Origin: Phycisphaeraceae bacterium
GTDB lineage: Bacteria > Planctomycetota > Phycisphaerae > Phycisphaerales > Zrk34
DNA: 41,261 nucleotides
Assembly (NCBI GenBank): GCA_040905565.1
Contig: JBBDRF010000037.1
Coordinates: 1-41,261, forward strand
Direction: 5' to 3'
The position numbers and the translations under genes were made by a program. Shown one piece after another: positions 1 to 8,690 of this stretch (its first letter is position 1; each line of letters opens with the position of its first letter). The notes beneath the pieces are model-generated. The model saw nothing but the letters and a program-made list of their open reading frames with translations. It was not told where the DNA came from and did no database searches.

Positions 1-73
1 CAATTCCCCTTTCCCCACCCCCCCCCCACAACATAATCCATCCCCACCCGCCGACATCGCCGCCCGCCCCCAC

Positions 74-102
74 TTGACCTTTGCCTCCGGAGGCGTAACA
101 AT
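74..102 (+). promoter_or_regulatory. putative sigma70-type promoter of rpsD
   Basis: TTGACC (74-79), 17-nt spacer, AACAAT (97-102), about 70 nt upstream of the rpsD ATG. Confidence 0.45.
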
Positions 103-170
103 GTGCGGCTTGTTCCCAGTCGGGCCTGTGCTGCGCTCGACGTACCTGATGACCGCAAACGGAGTCGAGA

Positions 171-767
171 ATGGCCAACTATACGGGCCCCAAAGTAAAG
201 CTTTCCCGCCGCGTCGGTGTCCCCATCGCCGATATCCCCAAGCATACCAACCGGCAGCTGACGCCCCCCGGTGTCCACGGTTACCGCGGCAGGCGACTGC
301 GCGACTTCGGCGTTCGCCTCAACGAAAAGCAGAAGCTCCGCTACCACTACAACGTGCTCGAGAAGCAGTTCCGCAAGTACCTCGACCAGGCCACCCGCGC
401 CAAGGGCAACACCGGCGAAGTGCTGCTGACCATTCTCGAACGTCGACTCGATAACGTCATCCGCCGACTCGGCTTCGCGCGCACCATCTGGTCCGCCCGG
501 CAGATCGTGGCGCACGGTCATATCCTCGTCAACGGTGTCAAAACCGACCGCCCCAGCTTCATGCTGAAGATCGGCGACGAGATCACCGTCAAGGAAAAGA
601 CGCACAAGCTCATCCGTGAGCAGCTCGAGTCGCAGCCCGGCCACGAGGTCCCCTCATGGCTCAGCTTCAACCCCTCGAACCTCACCGGTAACGTCGTCGG
701 CGACCCCACCCGCGACCAGGTGCCCTTCGACGTGAACATGAACCTCATCGTCGAATTCTACCGCTAA
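171..767 (+). CDS. rpsD: 30S ribosomal protein S4
   Basis: MANYTGPKVKLSRR, EKQKLR..Y...EKQF, LERRLDNV..RLGFA..ARQIVAHGH (S4 domain); GGAG SD upstream. Confidence 0.98.
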   Translation: MANYTGPKVKLSRRVGVPIADIPKHTNRQLTPPGVHGYRGRRLRDFGVRLNEKQKLRYHYNVLEKQFRKYLDQATRAKGNTGEVLLTILERRLDNVIRRLGFARTIWSARQIVAHGHILVNGVKTDRPSFMLKIGDEITVKEKTHKLIREQLESQPGHEVPSWLSFNPSNLTGNVVGDPTRDQVPFDVNMNLIVEFYR

Positions 768-798
768 AACCGCGACGAAGTCATCAGCGAAAAAGCAC

Positions 799-832
799 AA
801 ACGGTCGGCCCAAACGGGTCGACCGTTTTTTT
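799..832 (+). terminator. intrinsic terminator after rpsD
   Basis: AAACGGTCGGCCC-AAAC-GGGTCGACCGTTT hairpin running into a T7 tract. Confidence 0.85.
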
Positions 833-843
833 GATGCGAAACA

Positions 844-918
844 ATTAGCCGCGGGGCTACGCCCCGCCGGGGGAGGCGATCAAGCTGCGGACCTGCGGGG
901 CGTAGCCGCGCGGCTAAT
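844..918. repeat. REP doublet (REPIN-like), family B
   Basis: 24-bp inverted arms 844-867 ATTAGCCGCGGGGCTACGCCCCGC and 895-918 (1 mismatch); the left arm has an internal GCGGGGC-TAC-GCCCCGC hairpin. Confidence 0.8.
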
Positions 919-921
919 GAG

Positions 922-1524
922 TTACCGCATCTCCATCACATCCCGCGCCATGATGCTGACCAGCGCACGCTCCCGCGCGGTCGACCGTGGCAGGATTTCC
1001 TTCTGGAAGAAGCCCAGCACCTCGCGCTGCCGTTCGTCGGTCAGTTCGTCCGCCACGTTGCGTGAACCGCGATCGCGATCGCCACGAGGTGGGCCGCCGC
1101 CCATCGCCCGCCAGACCGCCATACGGCCCTGCAGCCACGCCTGGCGCTCATGAAGCTCGAGCTGAACGTACTGCTCGGCTTCGCTGACGACGTAGGTCTT
1201 CCACATTTCGACCATGCGGTTCTGCAGCCGTTCGCCGTCCGCTTCGCGTTGGGCCGCGACGGCTGCGTCGACACGTTCGCGCTGCTTTTCGTCCATGGTG
1301 CGATACCGCTCAAGCATCTGCTCCACGTACCGCTGCTGCTCGGTGGGCGAAAGCCGATCGTGGTAATCGCTGAGCAGAAAGGCGATGACGGTTTCGGGAT
1401 CGTCATTGGCGGGATCGGGGGGAATCGTGGCCCGGTAGTCGAGGATGAGGTAAACGCCGGCGCCGAGCGCCAGCAGCGTAATCAGAAGCATGATGCCGGT
1501 CTTACGCGGATTATCCTGCCACAT
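922..1524 (-). CDS. hypothetical membrane-anchored alpha-helical protein
   Basis: N-terminal TM segment (IMLLITLLALGAGVYLIL) then charged helical sequence; starts 8 nt after the prepilin-like gene stop, with GAGG SD. Confidence 0.75.
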   Translation of the reverse strand: MWQDNPRKTGIMLLITLLALGAGVYLILDYRATIPPDPANDDPETVIAFLLSDYHDRLSPTEQQRYVEQMLERYRTMDEKQRERVDAAVAAQREADGERLQNRMVEMWKTYVVSEAEQYVQLELHERQAWLQGRMAVWRAMGGGPPRGDRDRGSRNVADELTDERQREVLGFFQKEILPRSTARERALVSIMARDVMEMR

Positions 1525-1532
1525 GGGTTACC

Positions 1533-2081
1533 TCACGGCGTGGTTTCAGGCGGCGGGATCTGGAGCCAGCGTGCGCCGCCGTCGAAGAAGAGAGCGTTTC
1601 GCCCCACGTCGTCGGGGCCGCCTCGGTGCCAGCCTTCCGCGTCGAGCATGACCAGCGCGATCTGTGAGTTTTCAAGTTGCCGGACCACCTGCCGTTGCTG
1701 TTCGACGGTGGGCGTGAACATCAGGTAGTAGCCCAGAAAATACTCATAGCTGGTGCCGGTGTCGGCAAAAACCTCCGCGTCATCGGACGGGCAACGCCAG
1801 ATCTCGCCTTCCATGTACGGCTCAAAAGCCTGCATAATATTTTCTGCATGTGGATCGACGGGCAACGGCTGCACGTTCGGCACAAGGCCCTGATGATCCA
1901 GGCGATACGTCTGCAGCGCCATCCCCATCTGCCGAAGGTTCGACAGGCACGTGGTCCGCGCCGCAGCCGACCGGACAAAGCCGACCGCGGGCAGCACGAG
2001 CCCGATCAGCAGCACGATCAGGCCGATCACCACCAGCAACTCGATCAGCGTGAACCCGGACGCAAAACGGGAGCGAAGCAT
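1533..2081 (-). CDS. prepilin-type N-terminal cleavage/methylation protein (DUF1559/H-X9-DG-like)
   Basis: [31 protein letters not shown]-terminal H...NALFFDG. Confidence 0.9.
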   Translation of the reverse strand: MLRSRFASGFTLIELLVVIGLIVLLIGLVLPAVGFVRSAAARTTCLSNLRQMGMALQTYRLDHQGLVPNVQPLPVDPHAENIMQAFEPYMEGEIWRCPSDDAEVFADTGTSYEYFLGYYLMFTPTVEQQRQVVRQLENSQIALVMLDAEGWHRGGPDDVGRNALFFDGGARWLQIPPPETTP

Positions 2082-2301
2082 AAGGGCGATCCTTTACCTC
2101 GACGGACGGACGGCAAGACATAGAACCCACTCCCTCCAGGAGAGGCTCCTATCTGGCGAGTACCCGCAGCCTCGGAGGAGGTTGCAGAACAATGCAGAAA
2201 TTTTCCTCGTGAAAAGCCGATTAACTCGCGCTTTCGGCGCACAATAGAGCCCCGGGGGGTTGACCCAAGCGGCGAAAACGCGTCAAATCGTCGCAATCGC
2301 C

Positions 2302-3024
2302 ATGAATGAAAACACCCGCTATCACCGTGTGCTGCTAAAAATCAGCGGCGAAGGCTTCTGCTCCACCGGGGGAAAAGGGATCGAGGGCGAGGAGCTTGAT
2401 GTGCTCGCCCAGGAGATCCGCGCTGCGACGGAACTCGGCACGCAAGTGGCGGTTACCGTCGGCGGGGGCAACATCATCCGAGGCGGCGCGTTGTCCAAAG
2501 AAGGGCACATCCCTCAGGCCACGGCCGACTACATGGGCATGCTCGGCACGGTCATTAACGCGTTGGCGCTCAAGGAGATGCTGGAGAAGCTCGGCACGCC
2601 GGCGCGAGTGCTCTCGGCCATCAATTTGACCGCCGTGGCGGAGCCGTTCATCCGGGGCCGGGCGATTCGGCACCTTGAAAAAGGGCGCGTGGTCATCTTC
2701 GCCGCCGGCACGGGCAACCCCTTCTTCACGACCGACACAGCAGCGGCTCTGCGGGCGGTGGAGATCGGCGCGGACGCCCTGCTCAAGGCGACGAAGGTGG
2801 ACGGCGTCTACGACAAAGATCCGCATAAGTACGACGATGCTGTGCGGTTCGATCGGCTGACGTACACGCAGGCGATTGAAAAACGATTGATGGTGATGGA
2901 TCTTTCCGCCTTCCAGATGTGCCGGGAGCATCACATTCCGATCATCGTGTTCGATCTGAAACGGCGGGGGAATATCGCAGAAGTGGTGGCGGGGCACGAT
3001 CACGGCACCGTGATTGCGGACTGA
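2302..3024 (+). CDS. pyrH: UMP kinase
   Basis: RVLLKISGE, GGGNIIRG, ADYMGMLGT, GTGNPFFTTD, KATKVDGVY; ATG at 2302 preferred to the TTG at 2260. Confidence 0.97.
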   Translation: MNENTRYHRVLLKISGEGFCSTGGKGIEGEELDVLAQEIRAATELGTQVAVTVGGGNIIRGGALSKEGHIPQATADYMGMLGTVINALALKEMLEKLGTPARVLSAINLTAVAEPFIRGRAIRHLEKGRVVIFAAGTGNPFFTTDTAAALRAVEIGADALLKATKVDGVYDKDPHKYDDAVRFDRLTYTQAIEKRLMVMDLSAFQMCREHHIPIIVFDLKRRGNIAEVVAGHDHGTVIAD

Positions 3025-3044
3025 ACTTTAGCGGGAGTTAGCTC

Positions 3045-3611
3045 ATGGATATCGACGATATTCTTCTCGAGTGCGAAGAGAAGATGGATAAAGCGGTGGA
3101 GTACCTCACGAGCGAACTGCGAGGCGTGCGGACCGGGCGGGCCTCGCCGGCGCTGGTCGAATACGTCAAGATCGACTACTACGGCTCGATGACGGACCTG
3201 CGGCAACTGGCGAACATCAGCGTTCCCGAACCCACGCAACTGCTGGTCAAACCGTTCGACGCAAGCTCATTGCAGGCCGTCGCCAAGGGCTTGCAGAGTG
3301 CAGGGCTGGGGCTGAACCCGATGGTGGAAGGCAAAGCGGTGCGCGTGAGCCTGCCGCCGCTTTCGGGTGAACGGCGGCAGCAACTGGCGAACTCGGTGAA
3401 GCAGATGGGCGAGCAGGCGAAGATCGCCGTCCGCAACGTTCGGCGGGACGCGAACAAGCACATCGATCAGCTGGAGAAAGACAAAGCCGCTGCGGTGACC
3501 GAAGATCAGGCCAAGGCTGCGAAGGACGATGTACAGGACCTGACGAAGAAGCACGAAACGAAAATCGACGACATGCTCGAAGCCAAACGCAAAGAGATTC
3601 TGGATCTCTAA
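3045..3611 (+). CDS. frr: ribosome recycling factor
   Basis: RTGRASP, DYYG, PPLSGERR, AVRNVRRDAN; follows pyrH. Confidence 0.97.
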   Translation: MDIDDILLECEEKMDKAVEYLTSELRGVRTGRASPALVEYVKIDYYGSMTDLRQLANISVPEPTQLLVKPFDASSLQAVAKGLQSAGLGLNPMVEGKAVRVSLPPLSGERRQQLANSVKQMGEQAKIAVRNVRRDANKHIDQLEKDKAAAVTEDQAKAAKDDVQDLTKKHETKIDDMLEAKRKEILDL

Positions 3612-3634
3612 GGCGGACCGGGCCGTTGATTGAC

Positions 3635-3673
3635 AGGGGTGCCCCGGCCAGCGAGCGCAGCGAAACGGCCGGG
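3635..3673 (+). repeat. REP family A, copy 1 (left of RAYT)
   Basis: AGGGGTGCCCCGGCCAGCGAGCGCAGCGAAACGGCCGGG; internal CCCGGCC/GGCCGGG stem; inverted match to 4252-4290 with 1 mismatch. Confidence 0.9.
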
Positions 3674-3689
3674 TTCCGCGGTGTCACTA

Positions 3690-4238
3690 ATGGATGAGGA
3701 TCCTCGCGCTACACGACGGCGAACGCGGCGGCGATATGAAACGCCTGGCGAAGCACGATTTCTCACGTTTTCCTGTTATCAGCGACTGCCCCTCTTCGGC
3801 AACGACGCAATCAAGCGTGCGTTCGCTGAACACCTGATCAAGACTCGGAAGGCGACACATTTTCGCCTCTACGCTTGGGTCGTGATGCCCGAGCACGTGC
3901 ATCTGGTACTCGAGCCGAGCCTGCCAGATTACCCGGTTAGCTTCGTCCTCACGCAGATCAAGTCGCACTTTGCAGCTCGAGTACTACGTCGCTGGCGAAA
4001 GCTTGATGCTGGGGTACTGCCACGGTTAGTTGATCGGAACGGTAAGCATCGATTCTGGCAGATCGGCGGTGGGTATGATCGAAATCTCACCCTTAGTGGC
4101 GAGTTCGAGGAGAAGGTCAACTACGTCCATGAGAATCCCGTCCGGCGAGGACTTGTCGGGCGTGCTGTGGACTGGCCATGGTCGTCGGCGCAGTGGTATG
4201 CGCATCGCGAAGGGGTGACGATGGATGAGGTGGTGTAG
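3690..4238 (+). mobile_element. REP-associated tyrosine transposase (RAYT, Y1 HUH family)
   Basis: FLTFSC, WVVMPEHVHL (HUH), FWQ..GYDR, YVHENPVRRGLV, WPWSSA; flanked by inverted REPs; more A/T-ending codons than its neighbours. Confidence 0.92.
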
Positions 4239-4251
4239 AGAGGTGGACCGG

Positions 4252-4290
4252 CCCGGCCGTCTCGCTGCGCTCGCTGGCCGGGGCACCCCT
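4252..4290 (-). repeat. REP family A, copy 2
   Basis: CCCGGCCGTCTCGCTGCGCTCGCTGGCCGGGGCACCCCT, the reverse complement of copy 1 with 1 mismatch. Confidence 0.9.
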
Positions 4291-4329
4291 TGAAACGAAT
4301 CTGATCCTCTGACGTTTTATCGAGAGCAG

Positions 4330-4368
4330 CCCGGCCGTCTCGCTGTGCTCGCTGGCCGGGGCACCCTT
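4330..4368 (-). repeat. REP family A, copy 3
   Basis: CCCGGCCGTCTCGCTGTGCTCGCTGGCCGGGGCACCCTT, a direct repeat of copy 2 with 2 differences. Confidence 0.9.
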
Positions 4369-4380
4369 GGGAGGGTTCTG

Positions 4381-6372
4381 TTATTCGGGGAGCCGGTCGC
4401 GGGCCCAGCTTTGTTGGGCCATTTCGATGACGGGGGTGAGGTCTTCGGGGGCGACGCGGTCGCGGTCGCCGATCTCGAGGGGGTCGTAGTGGAAGATGTA
4501 GAGCCTTGAGGCGAACTCGGCGATGGGAAGTGAGGACTCGCCGAACACTTCGCCGTTGCCTTCGGTGGAGACCTGGACGCCGCAGCCCCAGTCTTGGCCG
4601 CTGTCGTTGTTGGGGTTATAGAAGTAGACGCGCATCTGGGATTGGACATCGAGCGCGACGCGGAGGATGGTGATCGCGTGCCAGCCGATGAAGCGGCCCT
4701 GCGAGTCGGTGGCGGCGACGCCGGCCGGCTGCGGGTGGATGACGGGCATGTTGCCGTTGTAGTAGGGGTGATAGGTGGCGTAGAAGCCGCGGAGGAACTG
4801 CTCGTAGTCTTTCAGTTTGCCGGTGTGGATATCAACGGCGATGGCGAAGCCTCGGTTCACCCACCAGCCGTGGAACTCGGGGTTGATCCATTTATGGCTG
4901 TCTTCGCCGCGGCCGACTGACTGGCGTCCCATCTCCCAGTAGATGCGGTCGAGGTGCGGGACGAGGACGAGCGAGACGGGGTCGAGGTCGGGGTGGAGCG
5001 TGGGTGCGAGACCGGCCTGGAGTTCACGGGAACTGATGCGCTGGCCTTCGAAATGCACGATGACTTCGCCGTCGCGGGCAGCCCATGCGAGGATCTGCAG
5101 GAGGTAGTCCGGATCGTTCCACGCCCACATGGACAGGGCACGTGCGGACTGGCAGGTGGGGTTGTCGCCCTGGCCGATGCCGAGCGGCTGGCCAAGCGTG
5201 CAGAGGACGCCGGCGAGGAGGTGGACGCGCGGCGCGCGGAGGACGCCGTAGACCAGTGAGAAGGTTTCTTCGACTTCGGGCGTGAGCACGAGGTTGATCT
5301 GTCGCCAGAGTGCGGGGGGAACGGGCGGGTAGTAGAGGATGCCGCGTTCGAGGAGGCACGTGAGGCCGTAGACGGATTGGCTGGTTTCGGGGTAGACCGC
5401 TTCGTCGATTAGCCGATCGACGAGTTCCTGAAACGTGAGGTAGGCTTCGCTGCCGGTGCTGGAAAGTCCGAGCGCCGTCACCAGCAGTTGGTGGTGGCTG
5501 TGTGCGCGCAGGAAGCGGATGAGCACGGGGTGGTAGACGCTGACGAGGCCGGTGTCGTGCATGGCGCGGGCGAACGCAGCTGCTTCCTGCTGCAGGCCTT
5601 GGGAACTCATGGTTTCCAGGCGTTGCTGGTAGGCCTCGATGCCCGGGTCTTCGTGGGTGGCGTGGGAGGGGCTGTAGAGGGCGCTGATGAGGCGGTCGAC
5701 GCCTCGTGGTGCGGAGCCGGTTTTCACTTCGGGATCGTTAAGGTAGCCGGCGAGGCGGGTGACCATGGCCTTGACGTTGTCGACCATGATGGGCCGCTGA
5801 CGGAGGATGCGCCAGACTTCCTCGACGACTTGGTCGAGGATATTTTCGTAGCCGATGCCGTCGACAATGCACTGGAACACGGCGGCGACGGCGGCTTGCT
5901 TCTTCTCTCGGGCCGCTTCGGTCTGTCGCTGGAAAACGTGATCAAGATTGAGCGCCAGCACCTCGCGCAGGAAGTGCAGGGCGTGCTCCGCGGAGATGCC
6001 CTGCCGGAGGTAATGACCCTTGGCGATGGCGAGCCAGCGGAGTTCGCTCAGCAGCTCGATGGTGACGAGGGCGGAGTCGCCTTGGTCGAGTGTGGCGCGA
6101 ACGTTGCGTGCCTGGAGACGTTCTGGCAGGGCCCAGTCGGTGCCGTCGAAGATGCCGGAGCGGTCGATCTGTGCAGCCCGCGCGAGCATTTGCGGCGCGC
6201 CGCCTGGTGCTGCGAGGACGCGACGGGCGACATCGAGCACGCGTGTGACGTAGGCGGGTTTGGCGAACGGCTTGGCGGCTGAGAGCTTTTGCAGGACCGC
6301 ATCGAACTTTTCCAGCAACGGCTGAAGCTGCGCTGACTCGGCAACAGAAGGCGTGCCATGGGTGTCCATCAT
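4381..6372 (-). CDS. hypothetical 663-aa protein with predicted C-terminal papain/calpain-like cysteine peptidase domain
   Basis: long ORF 15 nt downstream of the ATP-grasp gene; motifs QGDNPTC, GWHAITIL, YFYNPNN, GESSLPIAEF. The CDS itself is near certain; the function is inferred. Confidence 0.75.
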   Translation of the reverse strand: MMDTHGTPSVAESAQLQPLLEKFDAVLQKLSAAKPFAKPAYVTRVLDVARRVLAAPGGAPQMLARAAQIDRSGIFDGTDWALPERLQARNVRATLDQGDSALVTIELLSELRWLAIAKGHYLRQGISAEHALHFLREVLALNLDHVFQRQTEAAREKKQAAVAAVFQCIVDGIGYENILDQVVEEVWRILRQRPIMVDNVKAMVTRLAGYLNDPEVKTGSAPRGVDRLISALYSPSHATHEDPGIEAYQQRLETMSSQGLQQEAAAFARAMHDTGLVSVYHPVLIRFLRAHSHHQLLVTALGLSSTGSEAYLTFQELVDRLIDEAVYPETSQSVYGLTCLLERGILYYPPVPPALWRQINLVLTPEVEETFSLVYGVLRAPRVHLLAGVLCTLGQPLGIGQGDNPTCQSARALSMWAWNDPDYLLQILAWAARDGEVIVHFEGQRISSRELQAGLAPTLHPDLDPVSLVLVPHLDRIYWEMGRQSVGRGEDSHKWINPEFHGWWVNRGFAIAVDIHTGKLKDYEQFLRGFYATYHPYYNGNMPVIHPQPAGVAATDSQGRFIGWHAITILRVALDVQSQMRVYFYNPNNDSGQDWGCGVQVSTEGNGEVFGESSLPIAEFASRLYIFHYDPLEIGDRDRVAPEDLTPVIEMAQQSWARDRLPE

Positions 6373-6387
6373 TTTTGGTCGTGCTTC

Positions 6388-7614
6388 CTAGACGTAAAAA
6401 TCCAGGTCTTCCTGGTGCTTGAGCAGATCGCGCAGTTTGTGCGGATCGTCGCCGAAGAAATACACCAGCCCCCAATGGGTGCCGAAGGCCGAACGCTTGG
6501 TGACCTTTTCCTCCAAAGGCCCAGTCAGCTCATGGTACTCGAAGTACTCGTGGTTCTCTGTCTCCTCGGGAACTTCCAGCTTGCTCACCACACGCCGGCG
6601 CGGGTAAACCCCGAAGCAGCCGGCGTAGCCCTTGGCGTCGACGACTTCGCGGGGGAAGAAGGATGCGATTTCTTCTTCGGTGGTCTTGGGGTCGAATGCG
6701 AGGACCATGCCCTGGTAGGCGTTGAAGCCGTAGGCGCGTTCGAGGAGTTCGAAGACCTTGAAGCCGGGCGGTCGGTAGGCGACTTCGCCGAAGTACATGG
6801 TGCCGTCGCTGGTGACGAAGTACTCGGGGTGGATGAAGCCGAACTGGATATCGAAAGTCTTGATGAGCTTTTCGATTTCCTTGGTCAGCAGCGACCGCCA
6901 GCTTTCGAGCTCGGGCGTGGCGGGGACGAAGACGGAGTAGCCGAGCGTGACGTATTCGGAGATGTTCAGGAAGCGGATCTTACCGTCGTGAATCCACGCT
7001 TCGACGGCGAATTCCCAGCCGTCCAGATGGCTTTCCATCAGCACGGGGAACTCTTCCTCGGGGATGAGGTCGACTTCGTCAGGCGTGCGGATCACGCGGT
7101 GGCCGAGGCAGCCAGCTTTGTCGAAGGCTTTGAGGTGGATGGGGTCGTTCGGGTCGCCGTCGAGCTTCAGCAGCGTCTGGTTGACACGCTTAAGGAAGCG
7201 GATGACGTCGGTGCGGTCGTGTGCTTCTTCAAAGATGCCCACACGGATGCCGCCGAGCTGAGCGCGGCGTTTCATCAACGCTTTGTCACGGAATAGAATC
7301 GACTGCCCGTAGAGCCTGGGATTATCCATCAGCACGGAGTTGATGGCCCCGGCCCATTCGACGGTCTCCTCGAAAAGCGGGATGGCGACGTCGACGCCCA
7401 TATCGTTAAGCGTCTCGGCGATCTCCAGCGAGCGGTCGTTGATGCGTTCAAAATCCCACGGGACGTAGGGAATATCATGTTCTTCGGCATAGGCCTGTGC
7501 CCAGGGTGGGGCCACGACGATGTATCGGCGGTCGAAATCTTCGAGGGCTTCGATGGCGCTGATGCTCCAGCCGAGCAGGGCTACGTATCCCTTGTCGGGG
7601 TTCTTTTCAGTCAT
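6388..7614 (-). CDS. ATP-grasp carboxylate-amine ligase (L-amino acid ligase-like)
   Basis: FRDKALMK, LKAFDKAGCLG, MESHLDGWEFAVE, IHPEYF, GEVAYRPPG; AGGAG SD. Confidence 0.88.
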   Translation of the reverse strand: MTEKNPDKGYVALLGWSISAIEALEDFDRRYIVVAPPWAQAYAEEHDIPYVPWDFERINDRSLEIAETLNDMGVDVAIPLFEETVEWAGAINSVLMDNPRLYGQSILFRDKALMKRRAQLGGIRVGIFEEAHDRTDVIRFLKRVNQTLLKLDGDPNDPIHLKAFDKAGCLGHRVIRTPDEVDLIPEEEFPVLMESHLDGWEFAVEAWIHDGKIRFLNISEYVTLGYSVFVPATPELESWRSLLTKEIEKLIKTFDIQFGFIHPEYFVTSDGTMYFGEVAYRPPGFKVFELLERAYGFNAYQGMVLAFDPKTTEEEIASFFPREVVDAKGYAGCFGVYPRRRVVSKLEVPEETENHEYFEYHELTGPLEEKVTKRSAFGTHWGLVYFFGDDPHKLRDLLKHQEDLDFYV

Positions 7615-7790
7615 GGTCTTCTCCTGAGCTTTCGATCCTGATGCGATCGCGATGTGTCAACAAAATTGCGCTGACGAGGGTCTTTGGTTCGCCAGCCGTA
7701 CCACTATAAAACGGGAGTGGAGCGTCACTGGCTCGTTGCCCCATGGTAGACGCGCCGTTTTGCGATTGCGAGCCGGCGGTGGTGGCGGCG

Positions 7791-8552
7791 CTATCTGGAG
7801 GCGGTGCGGCGGGTGGCGAGGGTGACCAGAAGGATGCTTAGGAGAGCGGCACTGGTGGGCTCGGGCACGGAGGTGAGGGGGGCGTCGTCGAAGGTCGCTG
7901 AGTCGAGCGTCCAGGGGTTCGCGAGGCCGGGGTCCATCGTCTGGCCGTTGGCGAAGGTGAGGTCGGCATCGACTGGCCCGGTGATGGTGCCCTGGCCGTC
8001 GGCGGCGCGGTAGACGGCGTGGCCGGGTCTGAGCGTCAGGGCATCGTCCTGCCAGCGGGAAGCGATCGGCGTGCCGTCCGTGCTGTAGACCAGCGCGGAA
8101 ACGTAATCGTCGTCAATGACCGGTACGTAGGAGCCATCGGCGGGGAAATTGGTCAGATGATCGTAGAGCAGAATCGCACGAGCTCCCCCACCACCACCGC
8201 CCCCCCCACTGCCGCTGAGGTTCAGTGAGGTGTTGAGCGAACCCGGTACATCGCCCGGCCAGCTCCCATCGTGCAGCAGGTAGGTGTTGTCGAGCGTGGC
8301 GGTGCTGACGGTGGCGACGCTGAGCACCTGCCCCAGGCTCGCAGCGGCGGCATCGATGACGACCACATCGAACGGCTGAAAGCCCTCGCTGAACGAGGCG
8401 TGCACTTCGAGGTAGCTTGGGGTGTGCCCGCTGGGCCCCTGCTGTGCGGTGGGCAGCACTTCGGTCGTGGTCATCCACGGCGCAGCGGATGCCTGCCCTG
8501 CTGTGAACATCGTAAGCAGAACCACTACCGCCAGCACCAGCCGTTTGATCAT
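7791..8552 (-). CDS. PEP-CTERM sorting domain protein
   Basis: signal peptide ending ASA-A; C-terminal VPEPTS + hydrophobic helix + RRTASR. Confidence 0.88.
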   Translation of the reverse strand: MIKRLVLAVVVLLTMFTAGQASAAPWMTTTEVLPTAQQGPSGHTPSYLEVHASFSEGFQPFDVVVIDAAAASLGQVLSVATVSTATLDNTYLLHDGSWPGDVPGSLNTSLNLSGSGGGGGGGGARAILLYDHLTNFPADGSYVPVIDDDYVSALVYSTDGTPIASRWQDDALTLRPGHAVYRAADGQGTITGPVDADLTFANGQTMDPGLANPWTLDSATFDDAPLTSVPEPTSAALLSILLVTLATRRTASR

Positions 8553-8690
8553 CGTGCACCTTCGCGAATACGTATAAATGCAGAGGTCTATGCCCGATAA
8601 TCAATAGACACCGTGAATTGGGGTTGGTCAAACGAATCTCCCCCCCCACCGCCGCATTTTGCCAACCGTTGATGCTGCTATAGTGGCAAC

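Noticed and set aside
2082..2300. possible riboswitch (e.g. c-di-GMP) upstream of the pilin-like gene
   Set aside because: a GAAA-loop hairpin is present, but I could not find the conserved aptamer core
3630..3689. N-terminal extension of the RAYT from the TTG at 3630
   Set aside because: it merely translates the REP; ATG 3690 is the more plausible start
4252..4368. two 39-bp direct repeats with a 39-bp spacer resembling a mini CRISPR array
   Set aside because: only two units, an inverted third copy flanks the RAYT, and there are no cas genes; better explained as REPs
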